This document shows, one piece after another, positions 31,218 to 39,583 of a stretch of 64,000 nucleotides of DNA. The stretch is from NCBI RefSeq assembly GCF_000006765.1, contig NC_002516.2; one strand, written 5' to 3'. This stretch comes from Pseudomonas aeruginosa PAO1 (GTDB lineage: Bacteria; Pseudomonadota; Gammaproteobacteria; Pseudomonadales; Pseudomonadaceae). The notes beneath the pieces were generated by a model that saw only the letters and a list, made by a program, of their open reading frames with translations, did not search any database and had not been told where the DNA came from. The translations under genes were made by a program, and so were the position numbers. Position 1 is the stretch's first letter; every line of letters begins with the position of its first letter.

Positions 31218-31471
31218 TCCCGCTGTGCCTGGCGCTGCTCGGCCTGGCCCTGTTGCTGACCCTGGCGCGCCTGGTCAAGGGGCCGTGCCTGCCGGACCGG
31301 GCGCTGGCGCTGGACACCCTCTACGTGAACGCCATCGCCCTGCTGGTGCTGTACGGCATCTGGCGCGACAGCGACCTGTTCTTCGAGGCGGCGCTGCTGA
31401 TCGCGGTGCTCGGCTTCGTCGGTACGGTGGCGGTGGCCAAATACATGCTGCGCGGAGACATCATCGAATGA
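31202..31471 (+). CDS. shaE: Mrp subunit F, 89 aa
   Basis: GPCLPDRALALD; LGFVGTVAVAKY. Confidence 0.9.
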   Translation: MLAYVIPLCLALLGLALLLTLARLVKGPCLPDRALALDTLYVNAIALLVLYGIWRDSDLFFEAALLIAVLGFVGTVAVAKYMLRGDIIE

Positions 31472-31815
31472 CTGGCGAACCCCTGAGCCTGTGGCTGGAA
31501 ATCATCGTCTCGGCGTTCCTCCTGCTGGGCAGCGCCTTCGTCCTGATCGGCGCGATCGGCCTGTACCGCCTGCCGGACTTCTTCATGCGCCTGCACGGGC
31601 CGACCAAGGCCACCACCCTCGGGGTCGGCGGGGTGATCGTCGCCTCGCTGATCTATTTCTCCAACCGCCAGGCGGGCATCAGCCTGCACGAATTGCTGAT
31701 CAGCCTGTTCCTCTTCATCAGCGCCCCGGTCAGCGCCTACATGCTGGCCAAGGCCGCGGTGCTGCAGCAGTTGCCGCTGGAGAAGAAGACTCGCGGCAAG
31801 CCCTGGGAGCAGTGA
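31468..31815 (+). CDS. shaF: Mrp subunit G, 115 aa
   Basis: LPDFFMRLHGPTKATTLG. Confidence 0.9.
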   Translation: MTGEPLSLWLEIIVSAFLLLGSAFVLIGAIGLYRLPDFFMRLHGPTKATTLGVGGVIVASLIYFSNRQAGISLHELLISLFLFISAPVSAYMLAKAAVLQQLPLEKKTRGKPWEQ

Positions 31816-31912
31816 GGCCCGGCGCAACAGTTTTGCCCGCTTTCTGTGCCTGTCGGCGCAGCTAGCCGGCTGCCTATACTGGGAGTCCTTTTTCCGGCGC
31901 CGCGCGGCGCCC

Positions 31913-32833
31913 GTGGTGGAGATTCCCTTGACTCGGACGCGCTGGTTCGCCCTGGCCTGCCTGATCCTGGCGATGGCGCTGTGGGGCAGTTCGTACGTGG
32001 TGCTGAAGGTCGCTTTCCGCGAACTGCCGCCGCTCTGGGTGATCTTCGGCCGCATGGCCCTCGGCAGCCTGGTGTTCCTCGTTGCCTGGCGCTGGCGCGG
32101 ACGCATCGACTACCGCCCGGGCGACTGGAAGTACCTGCTCGGCCTGGCCGTCTGCGAACCCTGCCTGTACTTCCTCTGCGAGTCCTTCGCCCTGCAGTAC
32201 ACCAGCGCGGCCCAGGCCGGGATGATCACCGCGCTGCTGCCGTTGCTGGTGGCGGTGGGGGCCTGGTTGTTGCTGCACGAGCGCATCGGCCGGATGACCT
32301 GGATCGGCTTTGGCCTGGCGGTGCTCGGTTCGATCTGGCTGAGCCTCGCCGGCGAGCCCGACCTGCACGCGCCGCAGCCGCTGCTGGGCAATTTCTTCGA
32401 ACTTCTCGCGATGCTCTGCGCCACCGGCTATACCCTGTTGCTGAAGCACCTTTCGGCGCGCTACTCGGCATTCGCCCTGACCGCCATGCAGGCCTTCGTC
32501 GGCACGCTGTTCTTCCTGCCGCTGGCGCTGGCCAGCGCCGACCTGCCGAGCCAGCCCAGCGCGCTGGGGATCCAGGCGGTGGTGTATCTCGGCGTGGTGG
32601 TCACGGTGGGCGCCTACGGCCTGTACAACTTCGGCGTCGGTCGACTGCCGGCCAGCCAGGCCTCGGGCTTCATCAACCTGATCCCGGTCTTCACCCTGGT
32701 ATTCGCCGCGCTGTTCCTCGGCGAAACCCTCAACGGCCCGCAGATGCTCGCTGCCGGCCTGGTCTTCATCGGCGTCGCCATCAGCCAGTGGCGCAGCGCT
32801 CCGCCGCCGCCTCCGGCCGGCGTCCTGAACTGA
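31913..32833 (+). CDS. EamA/DMT-family exporter (PA1060)
   Basis: ALWGSSY, two EamA repeats, 10 TM segments. Confidence 0.9.
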   Translation: MVEIPLTRTRWFALACLILAMALWGSSYVVLKVAFRELPPLWVIFGRMALGSLVFLVAWRWRGRIDYRPGDWKYLLGLAVCEPCLYFLCESFALQYTSAAQAGMITALLPLLVAVGAWLLLHERIGRMTWIGFGLAVLGSIWLSLAGEPDLHAPQPLLGNFFELLAMLCATGYTLLLKHLSARYSAFALTAMQAFVGTLFFLPLALASADLPSQPSALGIQAVVYLGVVVTVGAYGLYNFGVGRLPASQASGFINLIPVFTLVFAALFLGETLNGPQMLAAGLVFIGVAISQWRSAPPPPPAGVLN

Positions 32834-32843
32834 AGGAGTTTCC

Positions 32844-33941
32844 ATGACCGTCGACCACCGCCAATGGGCCCGCGAGGCGATCCGCATCATCGAAGCGGAT
32901 TTCCAGCGCAGCGCCGATACCCATTTGATCCCCCTGGAGACTCCCGGCCTGCCTGGCGTCGAACTGTACTTCAAGGACGAGTCCAGCCACCCCACCGGCA
33001 GCCTCAAGCATCGCCTGGCGCGCTCGCTGTTCCTCTATGCGCTGTGCAACGGCTGGCTCAGGCCGGCCGCGCCGGTGATCGAGGCATCGAGCGGTTCCAC
33101 GGCGATTTCCGAAGCCTATTTCGCACGCCTGCTGGGCCTGCCCTTCATCGCCGTGATGCCGGCCAGCACCTCGAAGGAAAAGATCGCCCAGATCGCCTTC
33201 TACGGCGGCCAGAGCCACCTGGTGGAGGACCCCACCCAGATCTACGCCGAGTCCGAACGCCTGGCGCGGGAGAGCGGTGGCCATTTCATGGACCAGTTCA
33301 CCTATGCCGAGCGCGCCACCGACTGGCGGGCGAACAACAACATCGCCGAATCGATCTTCCAGCAGATGCGCCACGAGCCGTACCCGACCCCGACCTGGCT
33401 GATCTCCAGCCCCGGTACCGGCGGCACCCTGGCGACCCTCGGCCGCTACGTGCGCTATCGCCAGCACTGCACCCGGGTACTCTGCGCCGACGCCGAGCGT
33501 TCGGTGTTCTTCGACGCCTATGTCAGCGGCGACCGTGGCCTGACCCTGGATTGCGGTTCGCGGATCGAGGGCATCGGCCGGCCGCGGGTCGAGGCGTCCT
33601 TCCTGCCGGAAGTGATCGACGCGATGGTCAAGGTGCCGGACGCCTGGTCGCTGGCGGCCATGCATTACCTGGCCCGACGCCTGGGGCGGCGGGTCGGCGG
33701 CTCCAGCGGAACCAACCTGATCGGCGCCCTGGTGGCCGCACGGCAAATGGTCGCGGCCGGCGAGAAGGGTTCGCTGGTGGCGATTCTCTGCGACGGCGGC
33801 GAACGCTATGCGACCACCTATTACGATCCGGTCTGGCTGGCCAGGCAGGGCTATGCGCTGGAACCCCTGGTCGAGGCGCTGGCTGCCTGCATCGAGCGGG
33901 GCGTGGCGTTGCCCGACGGGCTGCTGGTGGCTGGACTTTGA
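32844..33941 (+). CDS. PLP-dependent cysteine synthase-like enzyme, probable Cds1-type cysteine desulfhydrase (PA1061)
   Basis: [32 protein letters not shown] and CDGGERY. Confidence 0.88.
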   Translation: MTVDHRQWAREAIRIIEADFQRSADTHLIPLETPGLPGVELYFKDESSHPTGSLKHRLARSLFLYALCNGWLRPAAPVIEASSGSTAISEAYFARLLGLPFIAVMPASTSKEKIAQIAFYGGQSHLVEDPTQIYAESERLARESGGHFMDQFTYAERATDWRANNNIAESIFQQMRHEPYPTPTWLISSPGTGGTLATLGRYVRYRQHCTRVLCADAERSVFFDAYVSGDRGLTLDCGSRIEGIGRPRVEASFLPEVIDAMVKVPDAWSLAAMHYLARRLGRRVGGSSGTNLIGALVAARQMVAAGEKGSLVAILCDGGERYATTYYDPVWLARQGYALEPLVEALAACIERGVALPDGLLVAGL

Positions 33942-33951
33942 AGGAGTGGAT

Positions 33952-34473
33952 ATGCACCGTTTGCGAGCTGCCGAAACCGGCGATATCGAGGCCATGACCG
34001 ACCTGTTGCTGCGCCACGGGCCGAATCCCTGGAACCATTTGCCGGAGGAGGGGGTGCGTGCGCATCTGCGAGCCATCGCCGACGGCGAGGTACGTGCCGT
34101 CCTGGCCGAGCGCGACGATCGGCTGCTGGGGTTCGCCAGCTTCCGTCGCACCGAGGATTTCGCCCATTACCAGCCGCAGCGTGCCGATGCGCCGCGGGCC
34201 TACATCTGCGAGGCGGTAGTGCATCCGGCGGCGGCCGGCCAGGGGCTCGGCAGCGCGTTGCTGGAGGCGGTGCTGGCCCAACTGGCCGACGAAGGCATCG
34301 AGGACGTCTATATCGATCGTCACGAAGAGAACCTGGCGTCGGCGGGAATGATGCGCAAGGCCGGCTTCGTCGAGCTGGAAACCTACGCCGATCCGGCGCG
34401 GCGACCGAACGGCTCGGGGCGCTCGACAGTGTGCCATCGCAATCTTTCCCTCCAGCGCAGAGCCGTGCGATGA
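33952..34473 (+). CDS. GNAT acetyltransferase (PA1062), 173 aa
   Basis: AAGQGLGSALL and NLASAGMMRKAGF motifs; AAGGAG RBS. Confidence 0.88.
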   Translation: MHRLRAAETGDIEAMTDLLLRHGPNPWNHLPEEGVRAHLRAIADGEVRAVLAERDDRLLGFASFRRTEDFAHYQPQRADAPRAYICEAVVHPAAAGQGLGSALLEAVLAQLADEGIEDVYIDRHEENLASAGMMRKAGFVELETYADPARRPNGSGRSTVCHRNLSLQRRAVR

Positions 34474-34721
34474 GTTTCATCCGCCTCAAGGTGCGCGCCG
34501 CCTTCATGGTCCACGGCTACGACGCGGACAACCGGGAAATCGTCGAGCAGATCGGCGAGGAACGCTTCGTCGAGAAACTGCTGCGCATCGAACGGATCCA
34601 GTCGATCAGCGAGAAATACCTGCTGGTCAGCGCCTCCCACGGGCGCGTCGCCTACTGGGAGTACGAGGGCGGCCTGACGGCGCTGCGGCGGTGCCTGGAG
34701 CAGGCCGGATTGCTCTTGTAG
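34470..34721 (+). CDS. Small hypothetical protein (PA1063), 83 aa
   Basis: ATGA overlap with the GNAT stop; typical codon usage. Confidence 0.75.
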   Translation: MSFIRLKVRAAFMVHGYDADNREIVEQIGEERFVEKLLRIERIQSISEKYLLVSASHGRVAYWEYEGGLTALRRCLEQAGLLL

Positions 34722-34749
34722 GGAAAGGGCCGTCGCGCGGCCCCTCGCT

Positions 34750-35415
34750 TCACTTGCCCAGTGCGCCCGGATAGGCGCAGCCGCGCAGCGTCTCGCCATC
34801 GATGCGCAGTTCGGCGGAGTAGCTGCTGAAGGCACCGCTCATGCTGTCGGTGCAGGACGACGGGGCGATCCACAGTTCGACCTTCTTGCCGTTCGCCTCG
34901 CTGGAATAGCTGGTGCTGCCGTTCGGCAGTTCCTCGGCGACGTAAGGCAAGGCCAGGGTCTCGTGTTCCGGGCGGTCCAGGCGCAGGCCCTGGTTGTTCA
35001 CCCTGGCGCTCCAGAAGGGTTCGTTGCCGTTGGCGGCGAAGGTCAGCAGCTTGAAGTTCGGGTCGTCGCAGCCGGGGCCCTCGTTCTGCACGCGGTACAG
35101 TCGGCTGACCTCCAGCTTGCCGTCGGTACCGCGGACCTTGGCCGGTCCCATGGTGCCGCGCAGGTCGACGAACAGGCCCTGGGCGCCGTCGTCGAACAGG
35201 CTGTCGGCTTCGCGGCGCAGGCCGGTATTGGCCACGTCCTCGATGCTGAACAGGCGCTTCTCGGTACAGGGGCGGAATTGCAGCGCGCCGTTGATCTTCA
35301 CCAGTTCGCCCTGGAAGCGGGTGTCTACACTGGTGCTCGGCGATTCGGGCTTCCACACCTGGCAGGCGGCGAACAAGGGGAGCAGGCTGTAGACCAGCAG
35401 ACGGGCAGGGCGCAT
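34750..35415 (-). CDS. COG3650-like lipoprotein (PA1064)
   Basis: Lipobox FAAC; GNEPFW; CTDSMSG..LRGCA. Confidence 0.85.
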   Translation of the reverse strand: MRPARLLVYSLLPLFAACQVWKPESPSTSVDTRFQGELVKINGALQFRPCTEKRLFSIEDVANTGLRREADSLFDDGAQGLFVDLRGTMGPAKVRGTDGKLEVSRLYRVQNEGPGCDDPNFKLLTFAANGNEPFWSARVNNQGLRLDRPEHETLALPYVAEELPNGSTSYSSEANGKKVELWIAPSSCTDSMSGAFSSYSAELRIDGETLRGCAYPGALGK

Positions 35416-35509
35416 AGGGAAGACTCCATCGAAAATGCGCCCACGTTACCGAGCGTCCGGGCCTAGCTCAAGTCCGGATCGGACTTCATCGCAACCAGGG
35501 AGTCGATCG

Positions 35510-35908
35510 ATGATCCAATGCAAGCGTGTATACGAACCGGCGTCGCCCGCCGATGGCCGGCGCGTACTGGTGGACCGGCTGTGGCCGCGCGGCATCCGCA
35601 AGGAAGCCCTGGCCATGGACGACTGGCTGAAGGAGGTCGCGCCCTCCAACGAGGTGCGCAAGCAGTTCTGCCACGATCCGGCACTCTTCGACAGCTTCCG
35701 CGAACACTACCGCGCCGAGTTGCAGGCGCACCCGGAACATTGGTGGGGCCTGCTCGACAGCGCTCGCGAGGGCACCCTGACGCTGCTCTACGGCGCCCAC
35801 GACCAGCAGCACAACAATGCCGTGGTGCTGGCCGAGTTCCTCGAGGAGGAGCTGGACCGCCAGCAGCCGGGCAGTTCGCCGACCTGCTACGCCGACCGCC
35901 TCTCCTGA
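35510..35908 (+). CDS. DUF488/YeaO-family protein (PA1065), 132 aa
   Basis: KRVYE..DGRRVLVDRLWPRGIRKE; HNNAVVL. Confidence 0.9.
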   Translation: MIQCKRVYEPASPADGRRVLVDRLWPRGIRKEALAMDDWLKEVAPSNEVRKQFCHDPALFDSFREHYRAELQAHPEHWWGLLDSAREGTLTLLYGAHDQQHNNAVVLAEFLEEELDRQQPGSSPTCYADRLS

Positions 35909-35918
35909 GAAATATCGC

Positions 35919-36518
35919 TTACCAGATGCGGTACACCTGGCCGGTCTGCGCGCCTTCCACGCTGCGTGCGTAACCCAGCGCGGCGTCCGCCGCCGGAACC
36001 GGCTTGAAGCCACGGAAGTAGGGCGCGTAGCCGGGCAGCGCCTCGCTGACCACGGTCGGGCTGACGGCGTTGATGCGCAGGCCGCGCGGCAACTCCAGGG
36101 CTGCGCCGCGGACGAAGCCCTCGACGGCGCAGTTGACCATGCTCGCCGAACTGCCGAAGCGGATCGGCTGCTCGGCGAGCACGCCGCTGGTGAGGGTGAA
36201 GGAGCCCCCGTCGTTGGCGTACTCGCGGCCGAGCAGTACCAGGTTGACCTGGCCCATCAGCTTGTCGCGCAGGCCGAGCTGGTATTGCGCCTCGCCCATT
36301 TCCTCCAGGGCGCCGAAGTGCACCTTGCCGACCGCGGCGACCAGCGCGTCGAAGCGACCGGTTTTCTCGAACAGGGCGCGAATGGAGTCTGAGTCGCTGA
36401 TGTCGACCTGGAAATCGCCGCTGCTGTGGCCTACCCGGACGATCTCGTGGCGCTCGCCGAGTTCTTTGTCGATACCCTTGCCAAGGGTGCCGCTGGCGCC
36501 GATCAGGATGATTTTCAT
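35919..36518 (-). CDS. Short-chain dehydrogenase (PA1066), 199 aa
   Basis: GASGTLG Rossmann motif; RINAVSP. Confidence 0.9.
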   Translation of the reverse strand: MKIILIGASGTLGKGIDKELGERHEIVRVGHSSGDFQVDISDSDSIRALFEKTGRFDALVAAVGKVHFGALEEMGEAQYQLGLRDKLMGQVNLVLLGREYANDGGSFTLTSGVLAEQPIRFGSSASMVNCAVEGFVRGAALELPRGLRINAVSPTVVSEALPGYAPYFRGFKPVPAADAALGYARSVEGAQTGQVYRIW

Positions 36519-36603
36519 ACAGGCCTCTCGTTGAGTGAAGGTGAGTGGTTTCCAGTGTAGAGTCGCTTTTGCCATGGATAATCCTGTCAATCGACAACCT
36601 ACC

Positions 36604-36619
36604 GTTTTCATAGGGAAAC
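36604..36619. promoter_or_regulatory. Candidate LysR recognition box between the divergent SDR and LysR genes
   Basis: GTTTTCATAGGGAAAC, an imperfect dyad containing T-N11-A. Confidence 0.45.
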
Positions 36620-36623
36620 AATT

Positions 36624-37538
36624 GTGAAGGACCTGGACGATCTCGCCGCCTTCGCCGTACTCCACGACCTGGGCAGTTTCACCCGCGCCGCCGAGCGTCT
36701 CGGTTGCAGCAAGGGCCAACTGTCGAAGCGCATTGGCGTCCTCGAGCAGAAGCTCGGCGTGACCCTCTTGCACCGCACCACCCGCCGTCTTTCGCTGACC
36801 GCCGCCGGCGCCGCGCTGCTGCCCGAGGCGCAGGCCTTGCTGGTGCAGGCCGAGCGCGCGCGGCAGGCTGTGGCGCGCTTGCAGGAGCGAGCGGAAGGAC
36901 GGGTGCGGGTGACCCTCCCGGTCTCGCTGGGCGAGACCCTGTTCGATGCACTGTTGGAGGACTTCCAGGAACGCCATCCGCTGCTGCGCGTCGAGCTGGA
37001 CCTGTACAACGGCCTGCGCGACCTGGTTGGTGAGGGCTTCGACCTGGCGATTCGCTCTGGGGTCGAGCAGGACGCCCGGCTGGTGGCGCGGCCGCTGTTC
37101 GTCCTGCAGGAAATCACCTGCGCCAGTCCCGCCTACCTGGCGCGACACGGCGAGCCGCAACGCCCGGCTGAGCTGGCCGAGCGCGAGTGCCTGCTGAACT
37201 CGCACTACAGCGGCCACGAGGAGTGGCTCTATCACCGCCACCATCGGCTGGAGCGGGTACGGGTTGCCGGCTTTCTCGCCAGCAACCACTACAGCCTGTT
37301 GAAGAAAGCCGCGCTGGCCGGCACCGGCATCGCCCGGCTGCCGTCATACATGGTCCACGACGAACTGGGCGACGGCCGCCTGGCCTGGTTGCTGCGCGAC
37401 TACCAGACGCGCAGCACGCCGATGTTCCTCGTCCATCCGTTCCAGGGCGGCCTGCCGCGGCGCACCCAGGTACTCGCCGATTACCTGCTCGACTGGTTCG
37501 AGCGCAGCCGGCGACAATTGATCGGCCTGGAGGGTTGA
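36624..37538 (+). CDS. LysR-family regulator (PA1067)
   Basis: GSFTRAAERL..SKRIGVLEQKLGVTLLHRTTRRLSLT. Confidence 0.93.
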   Translation: MKDLDDLAAFAVLHDLGSFTRAAERLGCSKGQLSKRIGVLEQKLGVTLLHRTTRRLSLTAAGAALLPEAQALLVQAERARQAVARLQERAEGRVRVTLPVSLGETLFDALLEDFQERHPLLRVELDLYNGLRDLVGEGFDLAIRSGVEQDARLVARPLFVLQEITCASPAYLARHGEPQRPAELAERECLLNSHYSGHEEWLYHRHHRLERVRVAGFLASNHYSLLKKAALAGTGIARLPSYMVHDELGDGRLAWLLRDYQTRSTPMFLVHPFQGGLPRRTQVLADYLLDWFERSRRQLIGLEG

Positions 37539-37636
37539 ACATTTCGCCGCGACGCGGCTCTATTGCACTCCGGGCCGCTTCCATGCGGCCTGAAGCTCAT
37601 CGCGGGCACGTCGTTGCACAAGGAACGTGACGGAAC

Positions 37637-39547
37637 GTGGCAGAATCCCGCACCGGACCGCTCGCGTGCGAGCGGACGCCATTCATCGAACGCTTGGATA
37701 GGGACATGCAAAGCAGCTTTCCGCAATCGAACACTCCCCAGATCCGTCGCGCTGGAGTCGACCTCAACGGCGTGATGTCGGTGCTCAGCAAGCACCTCTA
37801 TTCCACGCCCACCGTGGCGTTGCGCGAGCTGGTGCAGAACGCCCACGACTCGATCCTCCGTCGCCGCCTGGAGCAGCCCGACTGGCAAGGGCCGTCGCGA
37901 ATCGAGGTGATCGGCGACAGTGCCAGCAACACCGTGCGCATCGTCGACACCGGCGCCGGGCTCACCGAGCACGAAATCCACGCCTACCTGGCCACCGTCG
38001 GCGTCGGCTACACCCGCGGACTGCGCCAGTCCGGCCACGAGGACAGCGGGCTGATCGGCATGTTCGGCCTGGGCTTCCTCTCCGCTTTCGTCCTGGCCCG
38101 CCGGGTCAGCGTGCGGACCACGTCCTACCAGCAGCCGGAACTGGGCTTCTGCTACGTCTCCAGCAACGCCGAGCAATACAGCGTGACGCCGATGCCGGCG
38201 CGCCCGGTGGGTACCGAGATCACCCTCGAACTGCAGGACGAATACAGTGCGCTGACCCAGGCCGCGCGCCTGCGCGAGATCCTCGAACGCTACTGCGTGC
38301 TGCTGCGCGAGCCGATCCACGTCGGCGGCGACGCCCAGTCGATCAACCCGGAGCCGCCGCCGTGGCGACTGGCCGCCGACGCCGCGCTGCACCCGCTGCA
38401 ACGGCAGCGCCGCGACCTGGAGTTCGCCGCACGCTTCGAGCACGACTTCGAGCCGATCTGCTGCCTGCCGGTGCGCCCGGACGAGCGGGTCGACGTGCAG
38501 GGCCTGCTGTGGATCCAGGACGGCGGCACCTATGGCACCAGCGACAACCGCAATCTCTCGGTTTTCCTCCGCGGCATGCTGCTCGACGATGACGCCCGCG
38601 ACCTGCTGCCGTCCTGGGCCGGGTTCGTCGGCGGGGTGATCGAATCGAACCGCCTGACGCCCACCGCCAGCCGCGAGGACCTGCAGCGTGACGACCATTA
38701 CGCGGCGATCCAGCATGCGCTGGCCGAGGCGCTGATCGCTGGGCTCGGCGAGGTGGCGCGGCAGCAGCCGGAGGCCTGGCGGCGGGTCCTGCTGCGGCAC
38801 AACGAGGCCCTGCTGGGAGCGGCGTTGTGCGACGAGCGTCTGTTCGCGCTGATGATGGACAGCCTGCGCGTACCCACCTCCCAGGGCGACCTCCCGGCTT
38901 CCGAACTCCTTTCGCGCGGAGCGGTGCATGTGCTGCTGGACAACGACAGCGGCTTCGAGGAAATGCTGTTCCGTGCCATGGGCGTACCGGTGGCCCATGG
39001 CAATCGCTATGCGGTGGTACCCTTCCTCCGTCGCTGGGCGCAGGCCAAGGGGATGCGCCTGGTGGAGCTGGGCACCGAGCAGGGCAACCGCCAGTTGTTC
39101 CGCCTCGACCGACTGCCCGAGCACGAGACCGGCTGGCTGGCCGAACACCTGGGCGGCGCCGAGGAGCAACTGGTGATCGCCCGCTTCAGCCCCGAGGAAT
39201 TGCCGCTTGTGGTGGTGCCCGACCGCGACGCCGAACTCAAGCGGCGACTGGAGGACGACGAGGCCGACAAGCGTATTTCCACCGCGGCGTTGCGCCTGGC
39301 CCGGCAGTTCACCCGCAAGCTCGACAATCGCCAGCCGAGCCGGCTCTACGTCAACCTCGACAATCCGGCGGTGCAGGCGCTGCTCGCGGCCGTCGGCGAG
39401 GAACGCGACGAAGCGGCCCATGCGGCGTTGCTGCTGCGCTCGTTCAAAGTGATCATCGCCGGACAGGGACGCGGCCAGCCCGCGACCTCGCTGAACCAGG
39501 CCCTGGCCGGACTCGCCGATTCGGTGAAGCGCCTGCTGGAGCAATAA
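37637..39547 (+). CDS. Hsp90/HtpG-family ATPase paralog (PA1068)
   Basis: ALRELVQNAHDS, DTGAGL, IGMFGLGFLSAF and GTEITL GHKL motifs. Alternative ATG at 37706. Confidence 0.9.
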   Translation: MAESRTGPLACERTPFIERLDRDMQSSFPQSNTPQIRRAGVDLNGVMSVLSKHLYSTPTVALRELVQNAHDSILRRRLEQPDWQGPSRIEVIGDSASNTVRIVDTGAGLTEHEIHAYLATVGVGYTRGLRQSGHEDSGLIGMFGLGFLSAFVLARRVSVRTTSYQQPELGFCYVSSNAEQYSVTPMPARPVGTEITLELQDEYSALTQAARLREILERYCVLLREPIHVGGDAQSINPEPPPWRLAADAALHPLQRQRRDLEFAARFEHDFEPICCLPVRPDERVDVQGLLWIQDGGTYGTSDNRNLSVFLRGMLLDDDARDLLPSWAGFVGGVIESNRLTPTASREDLQRDDHYAAIQHALAEALIAGLGEVARQQPEAWRRVLLRHNEALLGAALCDERLFALMMDSLRVPTSQGDLPASELLSRGAVHVLLDNDSGFEEMLFRAMGVPVAHGNRYAVVPFLRRWAQAKGMRLVELGTEQGNRQLFRLDRLPEHETGWLAEHLGGAEEQLVIARFSPEELPLVVVPDRDAELKRRLEDDEADKRISTAALRLARQFTRKLDNRQPSRLYVNLDNPAVQALLAAVGEERDEAAHAALLLRSFKVIIAGQGRGQPATSLNQALAGLADSVKRLLEQ

Positions 39548-39583
39548 GAAAATTCGCAACACGCCTGATGGAGACTGAAGCAT

